Origin: Narcine bancroftii
Lineage: Eukaryota
Length of the DNA stretch: 64,000 nucleotides
Direction of reading: 5' to 3'
Assembly: GCF_036971445.1 (NCBI RefSeq)
Contig: NC_091481.1
Coordinates: 65,410,001-65,474,000 of the forward strand
The notes under the pieces were generated by a model that was given only the letters and a program-made list of their open reading frames with translations, had not been told where the DNA came from and ran no database searches. The stretch's first letter is position 1. Each line of letters opens with the position of its first letter. The position numbers and the translations under genes are program-made. Below, in pieces: positions 12,170-24,284 of this stretch.

Positions 12170-13110
12170 GTTGTCGCTGCTACCATCAGGCAAGAGGTAT
12201 AGATGCCACAGGACTCACACCACCAGGTTCAGGAACAGCTGCTCCCCCTCCATCATCAGACTCCTCGACGACAAACTCAATCAGGGCTCTTACTCGTGCA
12301 CTTTATTGATTTGCTTTTTGTTCTCTCTGTATTGCATAGTCAGTTTGTTTACATTCATTATCTGATTACTGTTTGTTTACATGTGATGCAATCACAAAGC
12401 ACGGCTATACTTAGTGAGATGTCTGAGGCAGTTCGGTACGACACTGAAGACCTTGGTAATCCTCTACAGGTGGACCGTGGAGAGCGTTCTGGCTGGTTGC
12501 ATTACTGCCTGGTATGGAGGTGCCAACTCTCAGAACAAGAATAAACTCCAGAGGGTTGTTAACTCGGCCTGCAACATCACTGGCACAAAACTTCACTCCA
12601 TCAAGGACATGAGGCAGTATCTTAAAAAACCAGTAACTACATCCCCACCCCACCCCCACTAAAAAAAAAATTTTATAAAAAGCAGCCTCTCTCCTCAAAG
12701 ACCCACCACCACCCAGACCCTGCCCTCTTCACTCTGCTACCATTGGGGGAAAAGGTACAGGAGCCTAAAGACGGGCACAAGGGCAGCTTCTTCCCTTCCG
12801 CCATCAGATTCCTGGATAATCAATTAACCAAAGACACGGCCTCACTTTTCATGAACTACTACAGTTATTTTTTTATATAGTAATGTCATAAGATGGTTAC
12901 AATATGAATGTTTGCTCTACAACGCTGCCGCAAAACACCAAATTTCATGACTTGTTCCTGACAATAAATTCTGATTCTGTTTTACACTGAGTACAGTTTA
13001 TATTTTGCACTACCAATAAGTGGGAATTCTGCCTGGCCCACAGGAAAAAGAGAATCTCAGGGTTGTATGTGATGTCATGCATGTGCTCTGACAATAAATC
13101 ACAAATCTGA
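12170..13110 (+). mobile_element. Two nested Rex1/Babar-type LINE 3' fragments
   Basis: Family A (KRYRCHRTHTTRFRNS, 12170-12380, tail resuming 12980-13110) is interrupted by family B (TVESVLAGCITAWYG, about 12385-12979, ending acaataaattctgattctg). Confidence 0.75.
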
Positions 13111-13199
13111 AAAAATCTAGAGTCTCATGTGGTCTGATCTGGGTGGCAGATATTAGGAAAGAGCATAGGTTTTCACAGCAGCCTAGTAGTTTAATAGAT

Positions 13200-13775
13200 G
13201 TTTAAAATTTCAAGATTATTTTTAGATATGTAATGAAACAGGAAATGTGATATTACATAAAATTTCTTTAGTCTTCCATAAGCAGACAAAGGTCCGCCAT
13301 CACCAGAAATTGCCCGGCGCTCCTTACAGATGGAGAAAGAGAAGCAAAAGAGAATCTGCCCAGTGTCCGTCAATTGGCCTCCAGCGCTCCCGCAGGCACA
13401 CAGACTCCAGTCTAAACCACCAACAACCCGAGTCTCAGATGCAAACCTCTGACACGATCAGGAAGCCTCCAGCGCCCTTGACACCCTCTCACATCCCGGC
13501 ACCAAGTCTACAGCCAGTCTCCAGTCGTCCACAGCCTGGTGTGAGTCCTTTGACCTCAGTCGCCAGCAGCCTGCGTGGGTTCCTCACCTCCAGTCGCCAG
13601 CAGCCCGCCACCGCCAGTGTGCTCATCAGCCTTGGCACCCTCGCTGGCCCGCCGCCGTGGTCACCGTCCCTTAGGGTCATCTCCTCTGCTTCTCCTTCTC
13701 AAACGGGGCATGCTTTCCTCGTTTTCTGGTGCCCTGTCCCAGTCCACCTTTTCCCCAGAATCTGCAACCCCTTGT
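13200..13775 (-). mobile_element. Unclassified interspersed repeat (second copy at about 33590-33790)
   Basis: Shared ataagcagac..ggtccgccatca...ccttacag..gagaaagagaagcaa sequence in both copies. Confidence 0.55.
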
Positions 13776-13777
13776 GT

Positions 13778-14400
13778 CTGATGCTGAGCTTCGCCTTCAT
13801 GAATCAAAGTATTGAGTCCAGGAGTTGGGATGTTATGGTAAAGTTGTATTAGACATGGGTGAGGCCACATTTGGAGCATTGTGTGCCGTCCTGGTCGCCC
13901 AATTACAGGAAAGATATCAATAAGATTGAAAGAGTGCAGAGAAGATTGACTAGGATATTGTCTGGACTTCAGGAACTGAGTTACAGGAACGGGTTACTTT
14001 AAGATTAGGAGGATATATATCTTTTATATAGTTTATTTCTAGGAGAATAAGGGAAGATTTGTTAGAGGTACTTAAAATTATGAGGGGTAAATGTAGGAAG
14101 GCTTTTTCCATGGAGGGTGGGTGAGATACAAACCAGAGGACATGGGTTAAGGGTGAAAGGGGAAAAGTTTAGGGGGAACTTCTTCACCCAGAGAATGGAG
14201 GGAGGGTGGAACGAGCTGCCAGCTGAAGCGATGAATGCGGGCTCAATTTTAACATTTAAGAAGAATTTGGACAGGTACATGGATAGGAGGGGAGGCGAGG
14301 GTGATGGACTGGGGGGCAGGTCAGTGGGTTGAGGCAGAATAGTAGTTCAGCACAGACTAGACGGGTCCTGTTACTGTGCTCTAATGTTCTATGGTTCTGT
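13778..14400 (+). mobile_element. CR1 3' fragment
   Basis: VMVKLY..VRPHLEHCV...TRGHGLRVKGEKFRGNFFTQR, tail ttctatggttct. Confidence 0.85.
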
Positions 14401-14700
14401 GTAACACTTTTGGGATCTGACATCTGTACGTAGACTGCCCAAAAATTAGATTCCAGGTGTAACTCTTAATGCATATGTAAACCTTCCAAGCCAATCAATT
14501 AGATTACAGATGTAACCCCACATTCGGGTATCTGTCACCAAACTCCTCATTTGGATTCCAGGCGTAACTCACATCGGGAGCTCACTTGGGGTAGTTCATG
14601 AACTGCCAGAAACCCTCAAATGGATCCCAGCCTATAATTGACTCCAGTATATCAACACTGATATTTATTAGACCTGTCAATTAGACCCAGCCTGATATCA
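14399..14700. repeat. Degenerate minisatellite (period about 52-69 bp)
   Basis: Core aattagattccaggtgtaactc recurs at 14444, 14497, 14549, 14618 and 14679. Confidence 0.6.
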
Positions 14701-14751
14701 GGATCAGGATTATCTGAACTGAGAAATCCCAAATTGATGTGTTGGTCGCCA

Positions 14752-14765
14752 CTGCCCTCTGCTGG
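14752..14765 (-). promoter_or_regulatory. Candidate CTCF site
   Basis: The - strand reads CCAGCAGAGGGCAG, matching the CCASYAGRKGGCRS consensus. Confidence 0.45.
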
Positions 14766-14781
14766 CAAAGAATGGAAAGAA

Positions 14782-15070
14782 ATCACACAGAGAGGCTGGA
14801 TGAACTCAGCTTCCACAGGAGGTAAAGATCTATTACTGACATTTCGGGCTTGACCCCTTCTTCAAAAATCAGACAACTCCCCTTCCCATTCTTCCCCCTC
14901 AATCTCTCGTCTTTGATTGAGACGCTTGCCTGTTCTTTGCTTGTGAAGAAGGTCTCAGGCCCAAAATGTCAGTGTCTTTACCTCCTCTGGACGCTGCGAG
15001 GCCGGCCGAGCTTCTCCAGCATTTATTTCGGTTTTTACTACAATCCCAGCGCCTGCAGACTTTCATGTTT
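14782..15070. mobile_element. Penelope-derived mini-element with inverted pseudo-LTRs
   Basis: Arms gctggatgaactcagc...gacatttcgggcttgaccccttcttcaa and tgaagaaggtctcaggcccaaaatgtc...gagcttctccagc are mutually reverse-complementary. Confidence 0.7.
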
Positions 15071-15082
15071 CATTCTGGCAAA

Positions 15083-15330
15083 TGGCGGCGCGGTTAGCAT
15101 GACACTGTCACTGCACTAGCGGCCGGGACCGGGATTCGAATCTGTAAGGAGTTTGTACGTTCTCCCTGTGTCTGCGTGGGGGTTTCCCCAGGGGGGGGCT
15201 GCGGTTTCCTCCCACCATTCAAAAATGTACCGGGGGGGGGGGTGTAGGTCAATCGGGTGTAACTGGGCGGCATGGGCCCGTGGGCCGAAATGGCCTGTTA
15301 CTGTGCTGTGTGTCTAAATTTTTTAAAATT
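15083..15330 (+). mobile_element. tRNA-derived V-type SINE. Further copies at about 17535-17740 (+), 20500-20685 (+), 31730-31875 (-), 39140-39430 (+), 39745-39895 (-), 40180-40386 (+), 41210-41450 (-)
   Basis: A/B-box-like head (ggcgcggttagc...ggattcgaatc), core tgtaaggagtttgtacgttctccctgtgtctgcgtggg, tail gtatgtctaaattt. Confidence 0.8.
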
Positions 15331-16561
15331 AATTTTAAGAAAGAATGGAAAAAAAGGTGTAGTAAAAACACATAGAAAAATGTTGAAGGAATTCAGCAGG
15401 AAGTGATGCTTCAAATGGTCTTGTGTTTTCACCCTGCACCATTTGGGTTAACAGCCCAGATGAAAGAGATGGTGACTGCAGGAAAATTGAGAATTCAAAG
15501 TAATATTGAAAAAGAAAGGAAAAAATGTGGACAGGTACATGGATGGGAGGGGTGTGTCCTGGGGTGCAGGTCAGTGGGACTAGGGAAAATAATAGTTCAG
15601 CAAAGACTAGAAGGGCCTATTTCCATGTTGTAATGGTTCGATCAATATTTATCACTTCACTAACTGGTCATTATAGCTTTAGCAACTGTGGGAGCTGACG
15701 TGCATAAATCGCAAGTACATTTCAATGAAGAATACCCTTCAAAAGAACTCACCGCTTGTAAATTTCACTGGGGAGTTCTGAGGCTGTGCGCAGCCTCCAC
15801 GTATAAAAGGGAATCTTCACTTCCACTATGAATGTCCCTCCATCACAATTTCACCCTTTCTACTCATTCCCCCGTGCAGCGAGAGTCAGAGAAAGCGCGG
15901 CTTACACGCCCTAATGCGTTGAGAGAGAATAAACATATAGAATAAAGGGAGACCAAGGTTAGGAAATGAAATGGACAATTGGGAATGCTTTGTTGCCCTT
16001 GGGAAGAAAGATATTGGCCATCTGATGTGGGTAATCAGGTTGCAAAAGGCAACTGCAAATTTCCCAGCTCTGTCATGTTGAGTAATTTCTTCATTCACTC
16101 CCTTGAGGTTGACGATGCCCTCGAGTTTGAAGCTGATTATATCACGACCCTGCACTCACTCCACCGCCACGTGCCACCATAACAATTATTCACTGAGATG
16201 TCCTGTGTGACCAAAGTTACATCAGGTCAGCAGTCCACACTGATCAGGAATGGGTCTCAGAAAAGATTTTAATGCCCAGCCGCATATTAGGGTCAAAGGT
16301 TTCGGAGAGTGTAAAGGGAGATGGAGAGCTGAGGACTTCCACTGTGCGCCATTAAGTCACAGAGAACGACAGGAGAGAAGCAGGCAGTTCAGCTCACTCA
16401 CTCCACACCAAGAACCCATTTGACACTACTCCTTCCAGTACAATTTCATTCTCCCCACCTTCCCACCAACCTCCCAGGTTCTCTCGACCGCTCATCCACA
16501 CACCAGGGGCAATGCAAATTAACAGACCAACCCACAACTCCTGGGATGTGGTCGGAAATCA

Positions 16562-17218
16562 TTGCGGGGATCAGAGGTGGAGAGGGTGAGCAAATTTAAG
16601 TTCTTGGGAGTCACTATCTTGGAAGATCTTTCCTGGACCCACTGGCATCATGAAGAAAGCACATCAATGCCTCTACTTCCTCAGGTGTTTGCAGAGGTTT
16701 GGAATGACATTGGAAATCCTGGCAAATTTCTACAGATGTGTGGCAGAAAGGGCGCTGACCAGCTGCATCATAGTCTGGTATGGGAACAACAATACCCCTG
16801 AGCGTAAAGTCCTGCAAAAGGTAATGGACATAGCCCAGGACATCACACCATCGAGAACATCTACAGGGAACGTTGCTGTTGAAGAGCAGCAGTGATCATC
16901 AAGGACTCACCCCACCCAGCTCTGTTCTCGCTGCTGCTGTTGGAAAAGAGGTACCGGTGCCACAAGGCTCACACCACCAGATTCAGGAACAGCTGCTACC
17001 CCTCCACTATCAGACTCCTCAACGACAAACTCAGTCAGGATTCTTACTTTTGCACTTTATTTATTTTTTTGCTCTCTGTATTGCATATCGGTTTTTTTAC
17101 ATGTGCACGTTGAGTACACTGCCGATAAGCGGTAATTCTGCCTCGCCCGCAGGAAAAAGAATCTCAGGATTGTATGTGATGTCCTGTATGTACTCTGACA
17201 ATAAAGCTGAAATCTGAA
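16562..17218 (+). mobile_element. Rex1/Babar-type LINE 3' fragment
   Basis: VERVSKFKFLGVTI...KKAHQCLYFLR...TTRFRNSCYPSTIRLLN, tail acaataaagctgaaatctgaa. Confidence 0.85.
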
Positions 17219-17939
17219 AGCCATGCAGTCAGAGGGAGAACATGCAAGTTTCACAGTGTCAGGGTTGAACATGGGTCACTGGAGATGTGATGCCACAGCT
17301 CTATCAGTAACACCACTGTGAGTTCACTGTGTCCAGACACGTCAGGTCTGGACACTCGTTTTCCCCTTCACTTTCCAAGTGTGCAGCAGGTCAGCGCCTT
17401 TGAATTATGTTTATAATTAACTTGAGTTTGGTTTGAGTTGGCAAGTACCATAGAACATTACAGCAGAGAAAACAGGCCCTTCAGCCCTTCTATTCTGTGC
17501 CAAACTATTTTGGTGTGCTTTTACTACGGGCTTTCGGCAGCAGCACAGTTGGCGTAACGGTTAGCTCAATGCCATTTCAGCACCAGCGATCGGGACTAGG
17601 GTTCAAATCTGGTGCTGTCTGAAAGGAGTTTGCACATTCTCCACATGTCTCCGGGGGCTCCGGTTTCCTCCCACAGGGCGGCACGAACCCAAGGGCAGAA
17701 ATGGGCTGTTACCATGTTGTATGTCTAAATTTAAATTTGAACATTTTTATGCTGGCTAGGGTTCCTCCAGCATTTCGATACTAACCTGTATCTATCCCAT
17801 AGACTTCCATACCTCTCCCATCCACGTACCTGTCCAAATTTTTCTTGAATGTGAAAATTGAGCCCACATTCACCACTTCAGATGGCAGCTGGTTCTCACA
17901 TCTCTCCGGGTGAAGAAGTTGACGTGAACTGAGGTAACA

Positions 17940-18430
17940 GCGTACAGAAATGGTGGAGGAACTCAGTATCCATAGGGGTTAAAGACGTTTCAGGCCTGAG
18001 TCCTTCTTCAAGGAATAACAGGAAGGCATCAGAATTAAGGCTGGGGGAGGAGTCCAGGCCAACAAAAGGTGTTGATTCACTATGGTGAGAATTGATTTTG
18101 GCTCTGTGAAAGGAGACAGAGGGAAAAGGGAAGAGAGAGAGAGAGAGTGAGAGTGAGAGCAAGAGAGAGAGAGATGGGGAAAGGCAATGGGGGAAGAAGA
18201 AGAGGGGGGAGGTTTAACGGAAACCAGAGAAGCCGAAGTTAATGCCTTCCGGTTGGAGGGTGCCCAGATGGAAGATGAGGGGTCGCTCCTCCAATTTGCG
18301 GGTGGTCTCCGTCCGCCAGTGCAAGAGACCACGGACAGACGTGTCAGCAGGGGGAATTGAAATGGGCGGCCACTGGGAGATCCAAGCTTTTGCGGCAGAC
18401 GGAGCCGAGGTGCTCAACAAAGCAACCTCC
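17940..18430 (-). mobile_element. Penelope-like element 3' part
   Basis: TSVRGLLHWRTETTRKLEERPLIFHLGTLQPEGINFGFS followed by pseudo-LTR cttgaagaaggactcaggcctgaaacgtc. Confidence 0.78.
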
Positions 18431-18689
18431 CAGTCACGTGAACTGAGGGGACGGGGAAGAAGCTTGCTCTGCGGGCTATACAGCAAGTCAACCCGCACGG
18501 TTTAGTGAGTGCAACAAATAAAACTTCACGCAGAGTGACTTACCAGGCAGAGGTCGGCCAGAATGGAGCAAGAGGAATGTTACGAGTGAGACCTTCCTTC
18601 AGAGTCTGATCGTGGTGGGAAAGAAATGGCCACTGCAGGAAGATTTACAAAAAATACAACTCCACCTCAGATATAATTTTACTTTGTGA

Positions 18690-19170
18690 CTGACCCTGGT
18701 GACGTCATTGCTTCCTAATTAGCATATCAGCTGGATTTGCTTGAACCATTCTGCACCAGATATTGAAACAATAGGAAACGTTTTTATATATACAAGTACC
18801 CTCTCATTAATCGAGTCCTCATGCAGACACATAGACCTGTGGCAAATTAATGAGACCATACAGGTAAGTAGAAAAGGGAGTTGGGGAGGTTTTCTCACGT
18901 TTATTAATGATTAGTAAAATTACATAATAATGAGAAAGGGACAGGAGCTGAATGATGAGGAGGGAGCTGGGTTGAGCTCCCGCTTTAAGGAGGGGGGCGG
19001 GAAGAGGTGTTGAATAGGGGGCTTGCCTTCAGCTCAGTTCCATGTAACACAGGTAGAGAGAGCTCCGACTGACGTCACAACCCGATGACGACAAGGCCTT
19101 TGGAATTGCGTCTCTGTGCAGGGGATTCCCTGCTGGCTCGATAGTGACCGGCCGCTGGAAGAGTGTGAGT
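18690..19170 (+). promoter_or_regulatory. Candidate promoter and non-coding first exons of the GARIN-like gene
   Basis: Perfect CRE palindromes TGACGTCA at 18700-18707 and 19070-19077, GC box at about 18994-19001, consensus donors CAG|GTAAGT (18863/18864) and |GTGAGT (19164/19165), in non-repetitive, locally CpG-containing sequence. Confidence 0.5.
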
Positions 19171-19424
19171 ACCGGGGCAGCGAGTGGGAGCGGGCAGCTT
19201 CTCGGGGTCCCTGAATGTGTGAATCACCATGTTCTCTTTCGCGACCCGCGAAGACTGCGGCTCCTTTCGCCAGCTTCAGCCACGCCAGACCCTTCGGCCC
19301 AACTTGTCGCTGCTAGCCGTTTGCATTCTGGGCTAGTCCCACTTGCCTGCATTTGGTCCCCATTGCATCTGAACCCTTCTTATCCAAACACCTGTTTGTG
19401 CCTTAATAATTCCCACTTCACCAA

Positions 19425-20235
19425 GTTTCTCTGGTGTCTGGGTCCAGATATGGACCACCCTCTTCGTTGAGCACCTCGGCTCTGTCCGCCGCAATAGCGT
19501 GGATCTCCCAGTGGCCACCCACTTCAGTTCCCCCTCCCATTCCCTTGCTGACATGTCTGTCCGTGGTCTCCTGCAGAACTGAGACCGCCTGCAAATTGGA
19601 GGAACCCTCCAACCGGATGACTAACATCAATTTATCTGGTTTCTATTAAACCCCTTCTTCCCTCTCTTTTCTCTCTCTCTCTTCCCCTACCCCCCCCCCC
19701 CATTTCCCTCTGTCTTATTACAGTACAAGCCCTCACTATTGCGCCGATAGCAAAAAAAACGAAACCCTTTCTACCTTGTAACCCTCTATTTTTCTTCCAT
19801 TCACGTGTCCCTCTTAAATGTCCCAATCGTTCCAGCTTCCAACACCATCCTGGCAATGCATTCCAGGCACCAACGACTCGTGTTTTTTTTAAAAAAGCTT
19901 ACCCCTCATGTCTCCCCTAAACTTTCCTCCCTTCACTTTTGTACAGATGTCTTCTGGTGTTTGCTATTCCTGCCCCGGGGAAAGGCACAGACTGTCCACC
20001 TTATCTGCGTCTCTCAGAATCTTGCAAACCTCCTTTCACAGAGCCAAATCAATTCTCACCTTTCCTCTTATCACATCCAATTAACACCTTTTGTCTGTTG
20101 GACTGGACTCCTGCCCCTTTCTTTCCCCAATCTTTAATTGAAGCGCCTGTCTTTTTTCACATAAGGGCTTAAGCCCGAATCGTCTGTTCTACGTCTTTAC
20201 CTCCTATGGACGCTGAGCTCCTCCAGCATTTCTAT
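19425..20235 (+). mobile_element. Penelope-like element 3' part interrupted by a CR1 fragment (about 19715-20030, -)
   Basis: GIY-YIG remnant (...CRTETACKLEE...NINLSGF) and resumed UTR/LTR cctttcacagagccaaatcaattc...gagctcctccagca. Confidence 0.65.
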
Positions 20236-20779
20236 GATTTGACCCTCTGAAGGTTACCCCTCAGGTCCCTCTTAAATCTCTCTTGAAACTTGCGTCCTCT
20301 AGTTCAAGTTTAGTTTTTTAATGTGTCCTCTTCACTTCTGTCCTCGTTCCCCATGGGTTCCCAGAGAGATGTGGAGTAGAGAAATGGAGTGTGTTACACC
20401 TCCACTGGCATCAAACTCGTACTTCACCTCCCACTTCCACACCTCCCCATCTCTCCAGCTGCTCTTTGTTCACATTTAGAATGACCTACTAGTTCTAACT
20501 CCCGTGCTGTCGAAAGGAGTTTGTACATTCCCCCTGTGTCTGCTTGGGTTTTCCCTGAGGGCTCTGGTTTCCTCCCACCATTACTGGGGATGGAGGTTAA
20601 TTGGGTGGCACAGACTCGTGGGCTGAAATGGCCTGTTACTGTGCTGTATGTCTAAATTCTTTTAAAATTTTTAAAATTCAAATTTAAGTCTCATCAGCTC
20701 CATGCAAGTCCCAATAAGTAATCCCATTAGCCCCAATCCTTTCTCCTTGATCCCCACCTCTTGATCTAACTTGTGAAGC

Positions 20780-21100
20780 AACATGGACAGAGTAGATGTA
20801 GAAAGGTGGTTTCCTGTGGTGGGAGAGTCGAGGACAAGAGGGCACAACTTCAGGATCGTAGTGTGTCCACTTAGAATAGAAATGCATAGGAATGTCGGAT
20901 GGTGAATCTGTGGCCAACAGCGGTTGTGGAGGCCAAGTCATTGGGTGTATTTAAGGCAGAGATTGATACGTTCTTGTTTAGGTTATGGGGAGAAGGCTGG
21001 GCAGTGGGGCTGAGGGGGAAAATGGATCAGCTCATGATTAAATGGCAGGGCAGACTTGATGGGCAGAATGGCCTAATTCTGCTTCTATGTCTTATTGTCT
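20780..21100 (+). mobile_element. CR1 3' fragment
   Basis: SRTRGHNFRI...VNLW...AKSLGVFKAEID with a typical 3' UTR. Confidence 0.8.
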
Positions 21101-22539
21101 TGAAACAATAGAGCACACCCACAGGGCCTTTGTCCCATGATGATAATCTGACCAAGATGTCAAAGAAAACCAATCCTGTCTTTCCACACCTGATCCACAT
21201 CCCTTCGTTCCCTACAGGTTTTCATACGCCTGCTTCAATGCCATTTAAGTATTGCTACACATCTGATTCTGTCACCTCCAAAGCAGCCCATTCTAGCCAC
21301 CCATCACCTTGTGTAGAAACTATCCCCCTCTCAACTTAAACCTATACCCTCTCCCTCTCGTATTTGAAATTTCTGCTCTGAAAGAGAGAGATTCTGACTG
21401 TCTACAGTGGTTTTCAAACGTTTTCTTTCCACTCACATCCCTATGCCATAGGTGCTCTGTGATTAGTAAGGGACTACTTTCTTTTTAAATTATTTTTAGT
21501 AAGGGATTACCCCATCAATGCCTTCATAATTTTATACTTAGCCCTCAGCCTTCGACGCTCCAGAGAAAACAAGCCAAATGTATCCACTCTTGCAGCTCAC
21601 ACATCCCTAACCTGGGCAACATGCTGGTGAATCTCTCCTGCACCCTCTCCAAAGCCTCCACAAGACCTGACAAAGGGTTCACGCCTGAAAAGTCTGACCA
21701 TTCTTCTCCCACTGACGCTGCTCGGCCCGCTTAGCTCCTCTCGCGTCCACTGGACGGCGGGAGCCCTGGTCTAAACTTGCGATTGAGCCAGTGAAGTGAA
21801 CTAAATGCTTAGCCCGCTGCTGTTTAATATTCTGCCTTCATCCCAGCTCCTGCATCATAATGGGCAAATGAGGGCAGAACGGTGGGGAAGGAGTTGTGAG
21901 ATGCTGCGGTCACAGGCATTGCTGTGTCAATTGAAACTTCTACACAAAATATGTGTTGCATTTATAAAGCTCCTTTGCTGGCATCTCGAAGGAAACTAGG
22001 GTTTGTGTTACCCAATGCAGTAATTCATGGCGTCGCCCTTCATGGACCTCCTCCTGATTTTTCTTCTCCTTTTCCTTTAATTACTACTTCATTCTCAAAA
22101 GAGTTATTGATCTCGGTTCACAAATGCTAACGACCGCGATACTGCAGCTAAAACACCTGAACGTTTGGCAGAAGCAGCGACTATAAAAACACCTGCAGCA
22201 ACAAAAACAACAGCGCGAGCTGATGAAACCACACGATTCGAAGCGTTGTTGTCATTGGGTAATAACGACGGCTCTGACTGGAGTGCGTTAGAAGGTTCAA
22301 AAAGTAAATTAGCATCGAGTTTTAGCCTCGTAGGTATAGATATGTGGAACCTGGCCTTACGGAAAATGTTTTTTGTTGTTATAACTAACTACAGAGATAT
22401 ATTCTGCAGAAACTCTGCACAAAAATTTTATAGACAGTCACTTTGATGTCACCCCCCCTCTGATGGTATCACCTGGAGCGGTCCATACCCCCCCCCCACA
22501 CCCCATAGTGACGCCCAGTGCACCCAATCTGTGCACTGC

Positions 22540-22790
22540 AAGGTCCCACAAGCAGTAACATTATTATGAACAATTGACCTGTGTTTTAGGCCTGTGGGTT
22601 ATTGCCCAGCAACACAGGATCCATTCCCCTGATCTTCGTCGAAATGTTGATCTGGTGTGCCCACCTGAGAATGGCAGCCAGGGTCTCAGAATTGCAGATG
22701 ATCGGGAAATTGGCACCTTTGACAGTGTAGCTCTCCCCCAGGGCTACGATGAGGCACTGGCCCCCCAGGGATCTGTCTGGAGTAAGAGCC
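22540..22790 (-). mobile_element. Old Deu-domain SINE (SacSINE/AmnSINE-like). Related 3' pieces at about 15650-15820, 35120-35210 and 39510-39665
   Basis: aaggtcccacaagcagtaa...cccctgatcttc...ccacctgaga...ggcacctttgacagtgtagc matches the recalled reverse DeuSINE core. Confidence 0.55.
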
Positions 22791-23284
22791 AAGAGTGAAG
22801 CCAAGATACTGAGGTGGCCAGTGACTCGAAATAGTGGAAGTATCTCACAGGAGCAGGCCTGACATTGTGTCAGAAAGACAAAGGGGAGTAGCTGGACAAA
22901 GATAAAAGATGATGGAAATTTGACATCCACACATTAAATCCAGTAATTCAGAATAAGAATTTATTATCATAAACATGTCACGAACATTGTTTTGCAGTTG
23001 CATCACAGGGCAAATATTTATATAAACCAAATAAATGAAAAAAAGTGCAAGGAAAAGTCAAAGTAAGGCAGTGCCTGTGGTCTATAAATGACAGGTCAGG
23101 CAAAATTTATGTCCTGGGGCAGGAAGTCTGAAGCGTGAACCTTGGTTCTCTCTCCGCAGTTTGCCTCCTGACCTGATGAATATTTCCAAGATCCTCTGTG
23201 ATTTTTTTAAATATATATCTTGACCTTTGGGGAGAAATGTTCACATCATTTTGCTTTCTTGTTTCTGTTGGGTCAGGAATCAGA

Positions 23285-23446
23285 ATGGTCTCCCCGGATT
23301 CAGAAACAACTGAGCTCTGCAGTCCTCTTGCGAAGCAGAAAGTCTGCTTTGAATCCCCAACCCCTGGGGCCCTCCAGCAGCATCTGTTCTATGGAGAGTA
23401 CGACCCCTTCAAGTATGCCCCCATCTTCGAGAGCGACTTCATACAG
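23285..23446 (+). CDS. GARIN/FAM71-family (Golgi-associated RAB2 interactor, DUF3699) gene, coding exon 1
   Basis: Acceptor ...ttgggtcAG (exon starts 23277), ATG at 23285, donor CAG|GTATCA (phase 0). Encodes MVSPDS...GALQQHLFYGEYDPFKYAPIFESDFIQ, matching the FAM71/GARIN N-terminal motif. Confidence 0.9.
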
Positions 23447-24284
23447 GTATCAAGGAATCCGTTCACGGGCGCTGTGTCCTCCCTCACAGAAGCTGACAGA
23501 CATTGAGGCCACTGTTGGAAACTACACTGAGGCGATTGCATAGGCTTGCAGCCCAGAAACAGGCCATTCAGCCCATCAGATCCATGCCCCATACAGATGT
23601 AACCCAATTAGCAATTCTTTCTCCTGCTTAGTTGGTTTCCTCTCGCACATAGTAAAAACATGCTAAAGAAACTCAGCAGGTCGAACAACTGATGAAGGAC
23701 TGAAACATTGGTTATGTCTCTTTATCTTTGCTGAATAAAGTACAGTTGACCTGTCAACCACAATATCTGCAAACCTTCATGTTTTACTTCCTTCTTCTCT
23801 TACACATCTCCGCTTGGCATCTAAATCATTCCTTTGGGAACGAGGGCTACTTTTTCAACTATCCCTGAGTGAAAAATAACCACCTGAACTCCCTGTTGGA
23901 TTTTTTTTGTGGCCGTCTTTATGTTCATGGACTTAGTTTTTAATCACCCCTTAAAGAGAACCAGTTTTTGTGTTGTTTTTTCAGTGTTTATATAAAAAAA
24001 CACTTTCACTGTATAATTTAACGTATTGCTTTCTGTAAATCTGTGTGTGCACTTGGTTCTGATGCCATCCGGCAGCGGAATTGTACTGCATCTCTGAACA
24101 ATGCCGCAGTTCCACAGGCAGCCTGGTTTGCACCAAGAGCTCTGAGACTCCACTTGTAAATAGTGCTGGGTCCTGTGGATAAACGTCCAACTCTTTCGAT
24201 AGAGACTTATGTATTCTGATGACATGCATTGTCAGTCTTCACCTTCCAAGAGAAACGACCACTGGTTTACCATATTGGTAACTC

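Noticed and set aside
13247-13852. 201-aa Ser/Pro-rich ORF
   Set aside because: It spans an interspersed repeat and runs into a CR1, with no splice or domain support.
14444-14700. CRISPR-like array (22-bp repeats with about 30-bp spacers)
   Set aside because: Vertebrate context, no cas genes, degenerate repeats and mutually similar spacers indicate a minisatellite.
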